From: Octopus sinensis
Taxonomy: Eukaryota
Reading direction: 5' to 3'
Assembly (NCBI RefSeq): GCF_006345805.1
Contig: NC_043004.1
Location: 42,470,001-42,534,000 of the forward strand
DNA: 64,000 bases
The position numbers and the translations under genes were made by a program. A model generated the notes under the pieces. That model saw only the letters and a list, made by a program, of their open reading frames with translations. It was not told where the DNA came from and ran no database searches. Below are positions 12,261-25,813 of this stretch, in pieces. Every line of letters starts with the position of its first letter. Position 1 is the first letter of the stretch.

Positions 12261-12494
12261 CATAACTGCACCTTCCATTTTTTGTTGTTTTTGTACTGCT
12301 TGAAGGCACGTTTATTTCCTGCCAAGCTTACTGTTTAAACCATGTTTGTGTTCTCCCAGTCAACAGCCGTATCATTACTGGTACTTTAAACACTTCGGTT
12401 GCATATTTGTGTGAATAAAATCGTTTTTCTTTGGAATAGAAAAAAAGTCTATCTTTACTTCTTCTTTTGCTGGTGTCTCAAATTTAGGTTAAAT

Positions 12495-12554
12495 CAGTGT
12501 TTCTCAAAGACGAGGCCTATGGGACGGTCGGACAAGTTGTTTTGAGAAAATTTG
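12495..12554. mobile_element. 60-bp hAT (Charlie-like) mini-MITE remnant
   Basis: Left TIR CAGTGTTTCTCAAA and right TIR TTTGAGAAAATTTG (11/14 match). Flanked by 8-bp GGTTAAAT / GTTTAAAT (7/8), the TSD length expected for hAT. Confidence 0.5.
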
Positions 12555-14072
12555 GTTTAAATGTTTGACAACTCAGTACCGTCCATTGGACGGGGGGCGT
12601 TTTGCTCGTATATATATACACACATCCCTCTTCTGATTACATATGATCTTACAAGTGTCTGAAACTTCACATGACTTATGGGAATCAGTAACTGATATTG
12701 AGTATTTAAATTATAAATATGTAATACAAAATCGGTGTGGCAACATCACATCTCATTACCAAACCAAATAGGTCATGTTTTCTCTATCGGATGAAGTAGT
12801 GCACCTACATATATGTAAAACATATATAATTAAACACGCATATAAAGCAGAATAATCTGAATTCAGCTGACGATTCATAACCCACTCGACATATTGCACG
12901 TTGATGGATATGCACTTTTGTAGTGCAATTAGATGCTCAATGAAATTAGAACAATTACAAAAAATTATTAAATGCATTATAAGACGAAACCGTGTGTCAT
13001 TTGCCGTGTGAAATCTTTTCTATATAATTATTTAACTTCGAAAAAAATATTCAACCCCTGTTTATTATCTGCATTTTGTTATTGTCAGACATTTTGTTTC
13101 TGAGCGGTCAACATCGATGGATCATATCATTTATAACTTTCTCTTTACATCTGTAAGGGGACTAATGACCATAATACATCAGAGGCATTCAATTATAACT
13201 ATTAGCAACTTAAGTCGAACCACGCAGTTTTAGTATTTAATGATCTGAGATTTCCCTTATACTTCTAGAGTCATTGTTTGAAAATTTTGTGTATTTAGTT
13301 TAAAATAATGGTAAAAGTATTTAGAAATAGAAATTTAATTACTAGAATTAATTACAAATGGGTGAAACAGCCATAATTAATCTATATACAGCAACCTAAA
13401 ACGTCTTAAACGATCTAATGATGATTTCAGAAAGCTAGCGCTGTTTAGATAAATTGAAGATCAGAAGCCGTACAAGTTAAACCAACCATCTCAAATGGTA
13501 CTAGGGTAACGTGACATATGATGATCTATACTGGAAAACTGAAAGAACTTTGAAGGTTTATGCAAACTGTTCTAATGTTTCTGTCTTATGACCGAATAAT
13601 CACAAAATAGTAAATATAATCGAGTGACAGTAACGATATCATAAAATTAAGGATACGTTGAAATGCTAATTTCAGCTCCAAGGAAACTGTAGTGAATCCT
13701 GTTGCTACATTATCCCAAGCCACACAAAGTACAATATAAGATTGGCACAATGTTTCATATAAAATGCGCTTTGATTTAATCAATACCTGATGGATAATTA
13801 TTTTATAGTCTACTGATGGCAACGGCTAGGTTGAATCACAAGATTTTGATTTGAATATATATATCTGAATGTATATCTATCAAGTGAACTAAATATCGAA
13901 TTGCATTTTGCCAAACATTCTATCGATGTGCCAATTTCCCAGTGGCTACATTATGATATTATAGTTGATTTGCGACACGTGATAATGTTTGCCATATACA
14001 CACTACTCGCAAACACAACGAAAATCAAGCCCATTTGATTTTCCTATTTCGCCTATATCATCTATACGTTGA

Positions 14073-14175
<103 letters not shown>

Positions 14176-14225
14176 CATATATCTATCTATCTATCTATTC
14201 TATCTATTTATTTTTTTTTCTATCT

Positions 14226-14351
<126 letters not shown>

Positions 14352-14354
14352 CGG

Positions 14355-14419
14355 TATATTTAAAACATTACGTTATATAATTAGGGTTCAGTAAAATATA
14401 ACGTAATGTTTTAAATATA
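14355..14419. repeat. Perfect 24-bp inverted repeat with a 17-nt loop
   Basis: TATATTTAAAACATTACGTTATAT (14355-14378) and its exact reverse complement (14396-14419). Confidence 0.9.
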
Positions 14420-14422
14420 ACG

Positions 14423-14471
<49 letters not shown>

Positions 14472-14876
14472 ATGTGTGTGTACGTATACACATACACATA
14501 AACCTTTCTCACTAAGAGGAAAAATACAAAAGAAACCACAGACAGTATGTGAACAAAAGTCTTGATAAACAACAATGCTTAAGAATGGGTCGTAAACATT
14601 TGACTTGCGTCGTTTGGAACCTCCCCATATAATTCTTCATTCTATTCCAAACGAAATTCCTCTTTGTAAACTTTAAAGCAAAACCACCGTCTCAAGGTAT
14701 GGTTTTCCAAATAAACTTCAAAGTCAACATGTCTATCTGGAAGTGTTCCGAGTGAAATTTCTGCCTCTCTACAATATTCCGCTGAAGGACTATCGTTTTC
14801 TTTTCCATTCAATATTATTCGAATCTCATGAGTTAAAATATAAGAAGCACGTGCATAAATTATATTTAAAAGAAAA

Positions 14877-15112
14877 TATAAGGCGGCGAGCTGGCAGAAA
14901 GGTTAGCACGCCGGGCGAAATGCGAAGCCGTATTTCGTCTGTCGTTACGTTCTGAGTTCAAATTCCGCCGAGGTTGACTTTGCCTTTCATCCTTTCGGGG
15001 TCGATAAATTAAGTACCAGTTACGCACTGGGGTCGATGGAATCGACTTAATCGCTTTGTCTGTCCTTGTTTGTCCCCTCTGTGTTTAGTCCCTTGTGGGT
15101 AGTAAAGAAATA
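14877..15112 (+). mobile_element. tRNA-derived SINE, family A
   Basis: Full length. 16-bp perfect TSD TATATTTAAAAGAAAA at 14861-14876 and 15113-15128. Confidence 0.94.
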
Positions 15113-15453
15113 TATATTTAAAAGAAAACTCTAAATGATCAACACTTCAAGAAAAAATAATTATAACAATGAATAAATACAAAACCCCAAAAAATAGAAG
15201 GGTTCATCAAAGACAGAAACTAAGTCAAGACTTAAACGTAACACAGATTTTCCTTTTACATATTTGAAGCAATGCACATTTGTATTGATGAGGATCAACA
15301 CCTTACTGCATATTACACGATGCTGCTGTTACAAAGTGTTTTTTGCTGGTTTTATTTACTGAGAAGGTGTTAACTATAGTTTCTTTTGAAATTTTCCATG
15401 AGATGCAAAAAGGAAAACCAAGTCTGTCTACAATAATTTACAGGATATCATAA

Positions 15454-15543
15454 GGTCAAACAAATGACAAGCAAACCTGTGGTATTGAGCAGAATATTTG
15501 CTGTAGCGCATCTTTTATACCAAGACAAAGCAATGTTACTTTA

Positions 15544-15578
<35 letters not shown>

Positions 15579-15592
15579 CATTATTATTATTA

Positions 15593-15630
<38 letters not shown>

Positions 15631-15832
15631 GCGTGAGTGAGCAATGCATGCCATCAAAGTGACAATGGGATAAAATATATGAGGCCCAGTATACCCATCA
15701 TGAGTACCCGTCTAATAAGGGTACACTAGGCACATGCATCACAACTATATGTGCGCGACAAGGTGATCTCATATCAAGATAAACAGCACATGACCTTGCA
15801 GGTGGGGCCCAGTTAGAATTTTCTTCTGGTCG
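15454..15832. repeat. Permuted partial copy of the unclassified (TAA)n-bounded repeat: right-end segment, then (TTA)n, then left-end segment
   Basis: 15454-15540 matches 19489-19570, and 15630-15832 matches 19077-19292. They are separated by (TTA)n at 15543-15630. Confidence 0.85.
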
Positions 15833-15889
15833 TACTACTTTGGTGTTGTAGATATCGTTTTTGCATTTTGACACTAGGTTAGATATTTA

Positions 15890-16070
15890 AGGAGAGAGGG
15901 AGTCGATTAAGTAGACCCCAGTGTCAACCAGGCACAAATTTTATCGATAGCGGTGAATGAAACATAAGGTCGAACGCAGAACGTAACGTCGACGTGAAAC
16001 GTAAACTCGGAAGAAATGCCGCTAAGCATTTTGCCCTGCGTGCTAATTATTACGTCAGCTCGCCGCCTTC
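15890..16070 (-). mobile_element. Older, diverged family-A-like SINE
   Basis: The reverse complement of the head (CAGCTCGCCGCC at about 16057-16068) and a degenerate GTCGAT...GACCCCAGT core are present. Similar fragments occur at about 18965-19056, 26655-26800 and 43840-44035. Confidence 0.65.
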
Positions 16071-16715
16071 TAGCTAGCAGATATTATTACGCTAGGAATC
16101 CAGATGAAATATGTCAGTCCATTGAATAGAATGAAAAAAATGATAGAAACACTAATGAGACATTCAATCAAAACTAAAATTACCATAAAAGACACAAACT
16201 ACAAGAAATGTGACAAAGACGTAAATTTGATCTTTTTTTTTTACGTATGAAGAGGGTCACACTTTTTTTTAGCAAAGTAGAAATCATATTCTTCCAAGTA
16301 TATATCTGCCTTCTGAAATGAAATACTGACAGCAAGCTATTAGAATGATAACCACCTAAAATTGAATCCGAGATTCGAAATCATTGCACAAGGAGGAGAT
16401 TGCCTCTAGTATGTAGCACTTAATTATAAAATCTGTTTCAAAATTAAAAGGGGAAAAAAAGAGTCTACAATACAGAAGCTTATCCAGCATATTTAACATG
16501 ACGTATTAAAGTGTGAAATAATGCATAAGATACAAAATTGTTCGCGAATCATTATCGACAATACACGAACCTTAAGGGTGTCTGATTATATCAGAAATGG
16601 TGAACCACATTCTCTGTGGAAATTAGAAAGCTGCAGTGGACTCACTTCTGCAATATCTAAATTATGTTTGTAGCCTCACCGAAAATGTACATTGATAAGA
16701 GCTATTCAATATATA

Positions 16716-16753
<38 letters not shown>

Positions 16754-16913
16754 TTGTATATATAGATTAACAGGTTCGTGTACTGTAGCCGGCAGTATTA
16801 TGTTAGTTTTCTTTTGAGGCAAAGAATATCGTACGATCATGAGAAATGTAAATCTAATGCAACATGGTATAGAATTTTGTTAAATTTGCCACACACGCAC
16901 ACACACACGTATC

Positions 16914-16992
<79 letters not shown>

Positions 16993-17559
16993 CGTGCGTG
17001 TGTGTGTATATGCGCGTGAGCGTATATTGTAGCAACGGAAAGCAAGATACAGGAAAAATGAAAATAGCGTAGAATAAACATGAAATAAAAGGAAGAATAA
17101 ATGGCAAGATTTCAACAAGTACAGAAGCTTTTCACACAAATTTCATAAAAAAAGTGGAAACAGAAAAACAAAGAGCAGAAAGAATATGCTTTACTGATTC
17201 TGAGAAGGCATGTATTCTTGGTAACTTCAACGATCTACTTTCTAGTAACTAAAAGTTCTGCATATATTTATGTTCACGTATTAATACAATACAAAGGTAT
17301 GGATTTTAAGCTGAGAATAATAATGAACTATGTCAATTCTGGAATACCTTTGGTAGAGAACTAGTCCATACCAAAAGTGCGATACATAAACATATCGTTT
17401 ATTCCTTAATATTATCAGCAGCAAGGGACATTTGAACATATTCATGAACGGACTAATAATGTGGAACACAGTATTTCTTTGTTCCTTGAAGTTGTAATGT
17501 CATTTTTTGGGCTGAAGACATTGAGCCAAGACACTGCATGCCTTCTAGTCTTCGCGGAA

Positions 17560-18500
17560 AGGTTAGTGCCTTGGATATAATTCCTTCTGACATTTATACT
17601 GGGTTTCACGATTATCTATAAACCACTCAAGTTTAAATTTTACTTTGTTATTTGTAAATAATGTCACAATAAGGAAGTGTGGTTTTGTGTACGTCCATGT
17701 GTGTGAGTATATTTTACAAAGGGTGAATAAGAGTGAACGGTTCAAACATAGGCCAGGATTCAGCGTTTGGCATCTAGAATTTTACCAGTGCTCACTGGTT
17801 TTGTCCAACAGCATTGTACGAGCTGGATGAAACCGTTAGCGCGAAAATAGCCCATAATTTCCGCAGGTTTCTATTTCAGGATATGAACGAAGTTGGCCTA
17901 GGACTAACTTTGAGCATCGACGAGATCAGATTCAGTGGTCTCTCTCGGATGTTTTTTTCGTAAGTGTTTGGCATGGCAGTGCTACTGTGGGGGGATTGTC
18001 TGTTTGCAAAAAGGTGTTCTGGTATGGAAGCACCAACGACCGAATCTGCTCGAGATAGAGCTGGGGGACGAAACCAAACTGCGTGTAGTCATTCAGTGTC
18101 CGAAAATTACAGGCTTGTGAACTTGTGCTGATTAGCTTCTGTCTCACGTGCGACGAATCCAGCAGTTTTCCCTTTTTACATAATGAAGATCGACGCACCA
18201 ACATTCTTTAGCAATTCTTTCCCTGCTGTGTGGGGGATTCTGAAAAGTTTGAAGGCAGGGATTTTGCTTCAAATATCATTTGAAGAGAAATCTGAGGGTA
18301 GAGAAGGTGCTATTTATAGTGTGTGAGAATGGCAAGACAGCTGGGGTTCAATGGATCTACTCTGGGTATGCGTTTCTAAGTAGTAGGAAAGAAACTGTAA
18401 GATGGGACTACCCATGCCAGGGGTGGGGGCTTTGTAGAGTAATCCGGGAATTTTTGCGTGAGGTTTACCACGAATTACACTGAGTAGAGTACCTCTTATC
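17560..18500 (-). mobile_element. Possible LINE apurinic-endonuclease-region relic
   Basis: A GC-richer island with weak APE-like fragments on the minus strand (GFVARETEANQHKF..., FGFV, LVQ..KP..G.ILD). No intact ORF. Confidence 0.3.
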
Positions 18501-18514
18501 TCGGATTCTGTTTA

Positions 18515-18965
18515 TCAGGCTGAGTAAAAAGTAAGCAACGTTTTGAAACATGAAATACATCACAATATCTTTCAACAATGAGGAAATTTTATTACTCAAA
18601 GTAAGTAGAATCTAGATCTGATGAACTCTTTGATAGTACTTTGAGCATCGGTTTCATTTTTGTGCTCCTTCACTCGCAGGAAACCATCAAGATGCTCGAA
18701 AAAGTGGTAGTCGGTAGGAGAAATTGTGGGGAATAAGCTCAAATACTGGACCGTCATTAGCAAAACGTGTGCTCGAGCATTGTCAGGAAAAATGATTGGC
18801 CCTGTTCTGTTGACCAGTCTGGGACAGAGGAGTAGCACTTTTGTTCATTTAGGCAATTTAATGGCGATATTTCTCTGCAGTAATTGTTTTTTTCCCAGGT
18901 TTTAAGAATTTATAGTGGATGAGTCCATAACCTTCTTTTTGGAGAGTTCAGGTTCATCCTTCCGA
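18515..18965 (-). pseudogene. Mariner transposase 3' fragment (Hsmar1/SETMAR-like lineage) with one TIR
   Basis: Minus strand reads GLIHYKFLKPGKTITAEKY...RLVNRTGPIIFPDNARAHV...ISPTDYHFFEHLDGFL...AQSTIKEFI. A TA-flanked TIR-like end TA|TCAGGCTGAGTAAAAAGTAAGCAAC lies at 18513-18539. Confidence 0.88.
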
Positions 18966-19076
18966 GATCAATAAATTACCAGTGTAATATTGTGATCGAT
19001 GTAATCGACTAGTCCCCTCCTCTAAAGTTTCAAGACCTGTGCATATGGTAGAAAGGATTATTATTATTATTACTAT

Positions 19077-20222
<1,146 letters not shown>

Positions 20223-20850
20223 GTACTTTTCCTGTTTTGAAAAGCGTGTGACAACATAACAGCAAAGTATATTGCAAACAGGGTGGGTACATCAAGGTCT
20301 CCTTACTTTACTCCATTTTCATCGGTAAAAGATCCAGAGAGCCTCCTGCCAAAATTAACTCTAGCTTTCATATATTGAGGCAAAGGCCTGATCATGTTTA
20401 CAAATTTTTCTGGGTGACCTATTTTCCTTAGAATTACCCACAGAGCCTTTCGATTAACAGTATCGAATGTTTTCTCAAATCAAGAATGCACTGGTGTAGG
20501 GCAAGACTCTGTTCAATGCATTGTTCTTGCAATTGTCTAATAGTAAAGATACAATCAACTCTGTCCCTGCAGGGACGAAAATTACACAGAGACTCAGACA
20601 CTATATTTGGAACTATGAAGGTATTTAAACGTTCTAGCAAAATGTGGGCAAGTACCTTTCCAACCACAGACAAAAGCAAAATTCCACGAAAATTACTATA
20701 CAGATCCTGTGGCCTCGATTTATACAAGGAAACTAGAATGGCATTAATCCAGTCTTCAGGCTGTTTCTCAGTTCTCCAACAGTGACAAATTAATATATGT
20801 AAGATTACAAACATTTTGCCACCCTCATATTTCAAGACCTCCCCACAGAT
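20223..20850 (-). pseudogene. RTE (Bov-B-like) LINE reverse transcriptase fragment
   Basis: Reads DWINAILVSLYK...NFRGILLLSVVGKVLAHILLERL...ESLCNFRPCRDRVDCIFTIRQLQEQCIEQ...LDL. Downstream degenerate 'VKQGD..APTLF..F..ML.HAF' matches are also present. Confidence 0.9.
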
Positions 20851-20994
20851 TCCATCAGACCGACCCTGGAGAGTTATTGTTATTCAGGTTATTCACAGCT
20901 AAATAAATGTCATTTAGAGCTGGTTCAACTGCATTATATATGTTCATATATGTATGCGTAAACACATAAACACACAAGTACACACATACACACT

Positions 20995-21028
<34 letters not shown>

Positions 21029-21273
21029 TACATGTATGTGTATCTATGTATGTATGGTTGTTCCTCCCACTACTACATAACAGCGTTGGTTTGTGTAAAT
21101 CTAGTGATCGAGTGGGTTTGGCAGAACTGCCAAGATTTAAAAGGGTCATGAGTTTCATTCATTCGGCTAAATATACCCCATGGTGTTGTTTCATCATTGT
21201 TGCGTCCCAACGTAGCTTCAGTAAAAAGAGAAAGGTCAAAGACAAAAGATATATATATACATATATATACATA

Positions 21274-21684
21274 GGCGTAGGAGTGGCTGTGTGGTAAGTA
21301 GCTTGCTTACGAACCACATGGTTCCGGGTTCAGTCCCACTGCGTGACACATTGGGCAAGTGTCTTCTACTTTAGCCTAGGGCCAACCAAAGACTTGTGAG
21401 TGGATTTGGTAGACGGAAACTGAAAGAAGCCCGTCGTATATATGTATATACGTATGTATGCATGTATGTGTATATGCTTGTGTGTCTGTGTGTGTCCCCA
21501 ACATCGCTTGACAACCGATGCTGGTGTGTTTACGTTCCCGTAACGTAGCGGTTCGGCAAAAGAGGCCGATTGAATAAGTACTACGCTTACAAAGAATAAG
21601 ACCTGGGGTCAGTTTTCTCGACTAAAGGCGGTGCTGCAACATGGCCACAGTCACATGACTGAAACAAGTAGAAGAGTAAAGAGT
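21274..21684 (+). mobile_element. tRNA-derived SINE, family C, with an internal (TA)/(TG) tract
   Basis: A box TGGCTGTGTGG and B box GGTTCAGTCCC. Tail GGCGGTGCTGCAACATGGCCACAG...TGAAACAAGTAGAAGAG. Homologous to copies at 22714 and 62401. Confidence 0.9.
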
Positions 21685-21784
21685 AATATCAACGTTTTTA
21701 AGGTAAACCGTTTCGTCAGAACAAAGGTAGTTATACTGGAGGAATAACAACTATGTTTCGTGGTCTGCTACCACAACAGCTCCT

Positions 21785-22452
21785 TTGTAGGATGCAGTTA
21801 GCTTAAGACATCATCAGGAGGAACCACGTCCGGTTTCGGCCCCTACTCCTCTACCGTTTTGACGTGGGGCCCCCCGACTTTCGGAGCTATCTCCAGCTCT
21901 GGTGTTCGGTGCATGTCTTCTTTCTTCTTCTTTCTTCTGTTCCCAGGCCTCTTCGATGTATCGTCAGCGAGTGTCAGCCGGTGACCGACTGACTTGTCAA
22001 TTTTTTTCGCTTTAAATACCTGCCGAAGGCTCCAGCAGGCAGCCTCAGCAAGTTGTAACGTGACACTGTCTTACCTTAACTGACTAGTGAAGGCGCGTAG
22101 CTTTAGCCCGCGCATTTTCTAAACGACCGTTACCTCTCAGTCAGCGAAGCTGATTCAGTGTCAGCTTGTCTCGCCTAGTGATATTATTTCCCACCGGCAT
22201 GTTATGACTTTCAAGCTATTTTCGGTTTTCCCGCTTCAACCATATATAGAAGCTGGCTTTTTAGACCGCCTCCTGTGCTCTCCTTATTAGTTTTCGCAGC
22301 TCGGAGCTAGAAAAAACAAATCTTTTGAAAAGCGTTGTCATTTTCCTTTCATGAAGCCTCTAGCCCCCACTGCCAGGTGATAATATTCGACATTCCATCC
22401 CAGTTCTCTGCTTTCTTCGATTAGCTTTTCGTACCTCTTCTCCTATCGTCAG
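21785..22452 (-). mobile_element. HERO-like (REL-endonuclease) non-LTR retrotransposon 3' fragment with 3' UTR
   Basis: Reads KRYEKLIEESRELGWNVEYYHLAVGARGF, then after a frameshift LRKLIRRAQEAV*KASFYIWLKR (WLKR at 22242-22231). This matches the HERO C-terminal pattern 'KY..L...GW...VEVGCRGF...AEKAS.WLWLKR'. The 3' UTR ends GGCCGAAAC...CTGATGATGTC. Confidence 0.75.
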
Positions 22453-22713
22453 AAATATAAATTTTGAGTGGATCATAACAGAAGAAAAACTGAAAACGTG
22501 TGAAGGGTTCGCATAGAGAATGCTGAAATATGGATGAAATTTAAAATGTGTATCTAGACACCAGTTAAAGAATACATCTATATCTGTAAACTAGAATATG
22601 CTTACAGACAGACAAACTACACAGTATATTGAGTTTAAATCAGTGAATATTTGCACTTCATCGATATATTTTCAATTATTTTAAAACTTTTACATTAAAA
22701 TATGTAAATATGC

Positions 22714-23066
22714 ATGTTTCAGTCATTTGACTGTGTCCATGTTGGAGCACCGCCTTTAGTCGAGCAAATCGACCCTAGGACTTATTGTCTATAAATAAGC
22801 CTAGTACTTTTTGCTGAAACGGGGACGTAAACACACTAGCATCGGTTGTCAAACATTGTTGGGGAGACAAACACAGACACACAAACACACATACACACAC
22901 ATATATATATACATATATACGACGAGCTTCTTTCAGTTTCTGTCTACCAAATCAACTCACAAGTCTTTGGTCGGTCCGAGTCTATAGTAGAAAACACTTG
23001 CCCAAGGTGCCACGCAGTGGGACTGAACCCGGAACCATGTGGTTGGTAAGCAAGTTACTTACCGCC
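22714..23066 (-). mobile_element. tRNA-derived SINE, family C (inverted relative to the 21274 copy)
   Basis: Reverse complement of the family C head (GGGACTGAACCCGG...) and tail (GTTTCAGTCATTTGACTG). Confidence 0.9.
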
Positions 23067-23604
23067 TAATGTATATATGTAAATATATGGCTAGGTATAT
23101 AATATGCATGCATTCATAAGTATATTTATATCTATACACACACATACATACATACATATATTGACATACATTTGCACGAAAACACTCGAACACTCATGTA
23201 TTCATTCATTTATCCATATTTAATGAATATTAACGTATTTATTTATTGTTTTACTTCCTATTGTACTACACTACCATCAAAAGATACCTTTAATTAACAA
23301 TACTGTAATGAAATTAAAAGAAATTATATTTCTTGGTTTGATTTTGTTGTCACAACAAAGATCAATAGCTTTTCATTTAAAAGTTAGTTTATGTATCTAT
23401 TGTGTTTTTAGTAGTTAACATGTTTCAGCTCTTCATTTGATACTTTCTTTAGAGTCTTCCTTGCCTTCCTTCTTTGTTGTATTTCATTTATTATATCTAA
23501 TGACAAATTCAGTTGAACGGCATCAAGAAAACGAAATCACAACAGAACGTTATTTTAAAGTTGTGTTGAAACTGGTCGCTATTCAACTCCTGTTTAATCT
23601 ACAG

Positions 23605-23728
23605 AATAGTAATAACAGTAATAATAATAATAACAACAACAAACAACAACAACAACAACAACAATAATAATAAGAAGAAGAAGAAGAGGAAGAAGAAGAA
23701 GTAGATTACTACTACTACAACTACTACA

Positions 23729-23762
<34 letters not shown>

Positions 23763-24085
23763 ATAATAATAATAATAACAATAATAATAATAATAATAAT
23801 AAGAAGAAGAAGAAGATGAAGGAGAAGAAGGAGAAGAAAAGAAGAAGAAAAAGTAGAAGAAGAAGGAGAAGGAGAAGAAGGAGAAGAAAAGAAGAAGAAG
23901 AAGAAAGAAGAAGAGAAGAAGAAGAGTAGAAGAAGAAGAAGGAGAAGGAGTGGAGAAGAGAAGAAGAAGAAGAAGAAGAAGAAGAAGAAGAAGAAAAAAT
24001 AATAATAATAATAATAATAATAATAAGAAGAAGAAGAAGAAGAAGAAGAGGAAGGAGAAGAAAAAGGACGACGACGACGAGGGCA
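23605..24085. repeat. Compound trinucleotide array (AAT/AAC/AAG/TAC/GAC)
   Basis: Successive blocks of related triplets are directly visible. Confidence 0.95.
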
Positions 24086-24544
24086 AATAAAGGGACAAGA
24101 ATATCAGAAACAAAAAGAAATTATGATTGGTATTATTCATAAATAATAAAAAAGTAACGAAACTATCTCAAAAATCCCCTAATGAACTTTTAAAGTCTAA
24201 GTTGTTTCTTCTAGACAAAAGTTTGCGTTGATTCTCCTAATTAATTTTATTTCATTCTAATTGAATTAGTTTGTTTGTCCCTTTGTAGTAATACTTCAAA
24301 GTTCATATTTTCTGTAGATTCAGGTGGGGGAGTTATACCTAAAGTTATTAATGTTTCCCTTCCTGATTAGATGCATCGATTGTTTTCTGGTGTCGTCGGG
24401 ATCATACCTATCACTGACATCATCAACGTCATCATATGATCATCACCATCCTCATCATGAAAATTATAATCGTAGTTATCGTATCGTTATCATCATAATG
24501 GCCATTAAAATAATCGGTGGCAGTAGCAGTTGCATTGAGAGAGG

Positions 24545-24557
24545 GGAAGGAGGAGAA

Positions 24558-24592
<35 letters not shown>

Positions 24593-24802
24593 AGAAGAAG
24601 AAGAAGAAGCAAAAGAAGAAGAAGAAGAAGAAGAAGAAGACGACGATGACGGCGATGAAGCAGAAGAAGAAGAACAGAAGAAGACGAAGAAGAAAAAAAA
24701 GAAGACGAAGAAGACGACGACGACGGTGATGATGATGAAGAAGAAGAAGAAGAAGAAGAAAAAGAAGAAGAAGAAGAAGAAGAAGAAGAAGAAGAAGAAG
24801 AA
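24545..24802. repeat. (GAA)n-dominated compound microsatellite
   Basis: Tandem GAA with GAC/GAT interruptions. It abuts the 5' end of the Dong copy. Confidence 0.95.
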
Positions 24803-25730
24803 AGGCTATAAAACAAATGAAATCCAAACTAAAACTGAACAGCAACGGGCCTTGATAAAACAAAGGCAAGAAAAACCCTTCATGGCAAATTCTGGGGTAA
24901 ACTAAATGCAAAAGAAATAGACAGAGAAAAATCCCAGTAATGGCTGAAAAGCTCAGGACTCAAAGCAGATACTGAGAGGTTTTTAATTGCAGCACAAGAC
25001 CTAAGTCTCCCCACCAGAAATTGCCAAAAACATATAATGAAAAGAAACATAACAAGTAACTGCAGAATATGTGAAGATGGACAGGTAACAGTAAATCATA
25101 TTATCTCTGGCTGCCCAGTCCTGTCTAAGAAAGATGATATTCACAGGCACGACAGAGTTGGGACCTACATACACTGGAAGCTATGCCAACACTATGGAAT
25201 AACAACAGAAAAAAGATGATATATGCACACACCAGAAAGGGTCACAGAAAACGAGAAAGCAACCATACTCTGGGATATGCCAATGCACAAACATAGTGAA
25301 ATTAAGGCCAATAGGCCAGATATAGTTGTCAGAGATCATGAAGAAAGAAATGCTTTCTAATTGATGTATCAGTACCAGCAGATGACAAGGTTTCTCTAAA
25401 ATAAATGGAAAAACTTTCAAAATACATAGACCTGGAAATAGTGGTAAGTCGAATGTGGAATCTAAAAACGGAAACAATTCCTATCTTAGTGGGCGCATTA
25501 GGTATGATATAAAAATATTCAGACAAATACATAACAAAAAGACCAGGACTTACAAACACATATAACATAGAACAAATTGCACTACTGGGCACTGCACACA
25601 TCCTACGCAAATTATTTTCAATACCGTAACCATAAGAACATCACAGCAAGCCATAGTACATACCCAAGACACACACAGCTGCGCTCAGTAGTGAAGTGAA
25701 AGCACGTTATAAAAATAAAACTTCTGCATT
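24803..25730 (+). mobile_element. 5'-truncated R4/Dong-clade retrotransposon (CCHC knuckle, REL endonuclease, 3' UTR, (TAA)n tail)
   Basis: Reads WLKSSGLKADTERFLIAAQDLSLPTRN, CRICEDGQVTVNHIISGCPVL, IHRHDRVG.YIHW, ILWD...NRPDIVV...LIDVSVP and IALLGTAHILRKLFSIP* (stop 25627-25629). AATAAA lies at about 25714, then (TAA)n. A few stops and frameshifts. Confidence 0.93.
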
Positions 25731-25760
25731 ATAATAATAATAATAATAATTATAATAATA

Positions 25761-25813
<53 letters not shown>

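Noticed and set aside
13350-13800. Faint Penelope linker-like words (QQPK, NFSSKET)
   Set aside because: Too degenerate to distinguish from chance.
24324-24905. 193-aa ORF with poly-E/poly-K tracts, plus its antisense ORFs
   Set aside because: It is read-through of the (GAA)n microsatellite into the 5' edge of the Dong relic, with no domain or codon structure of a real gene.
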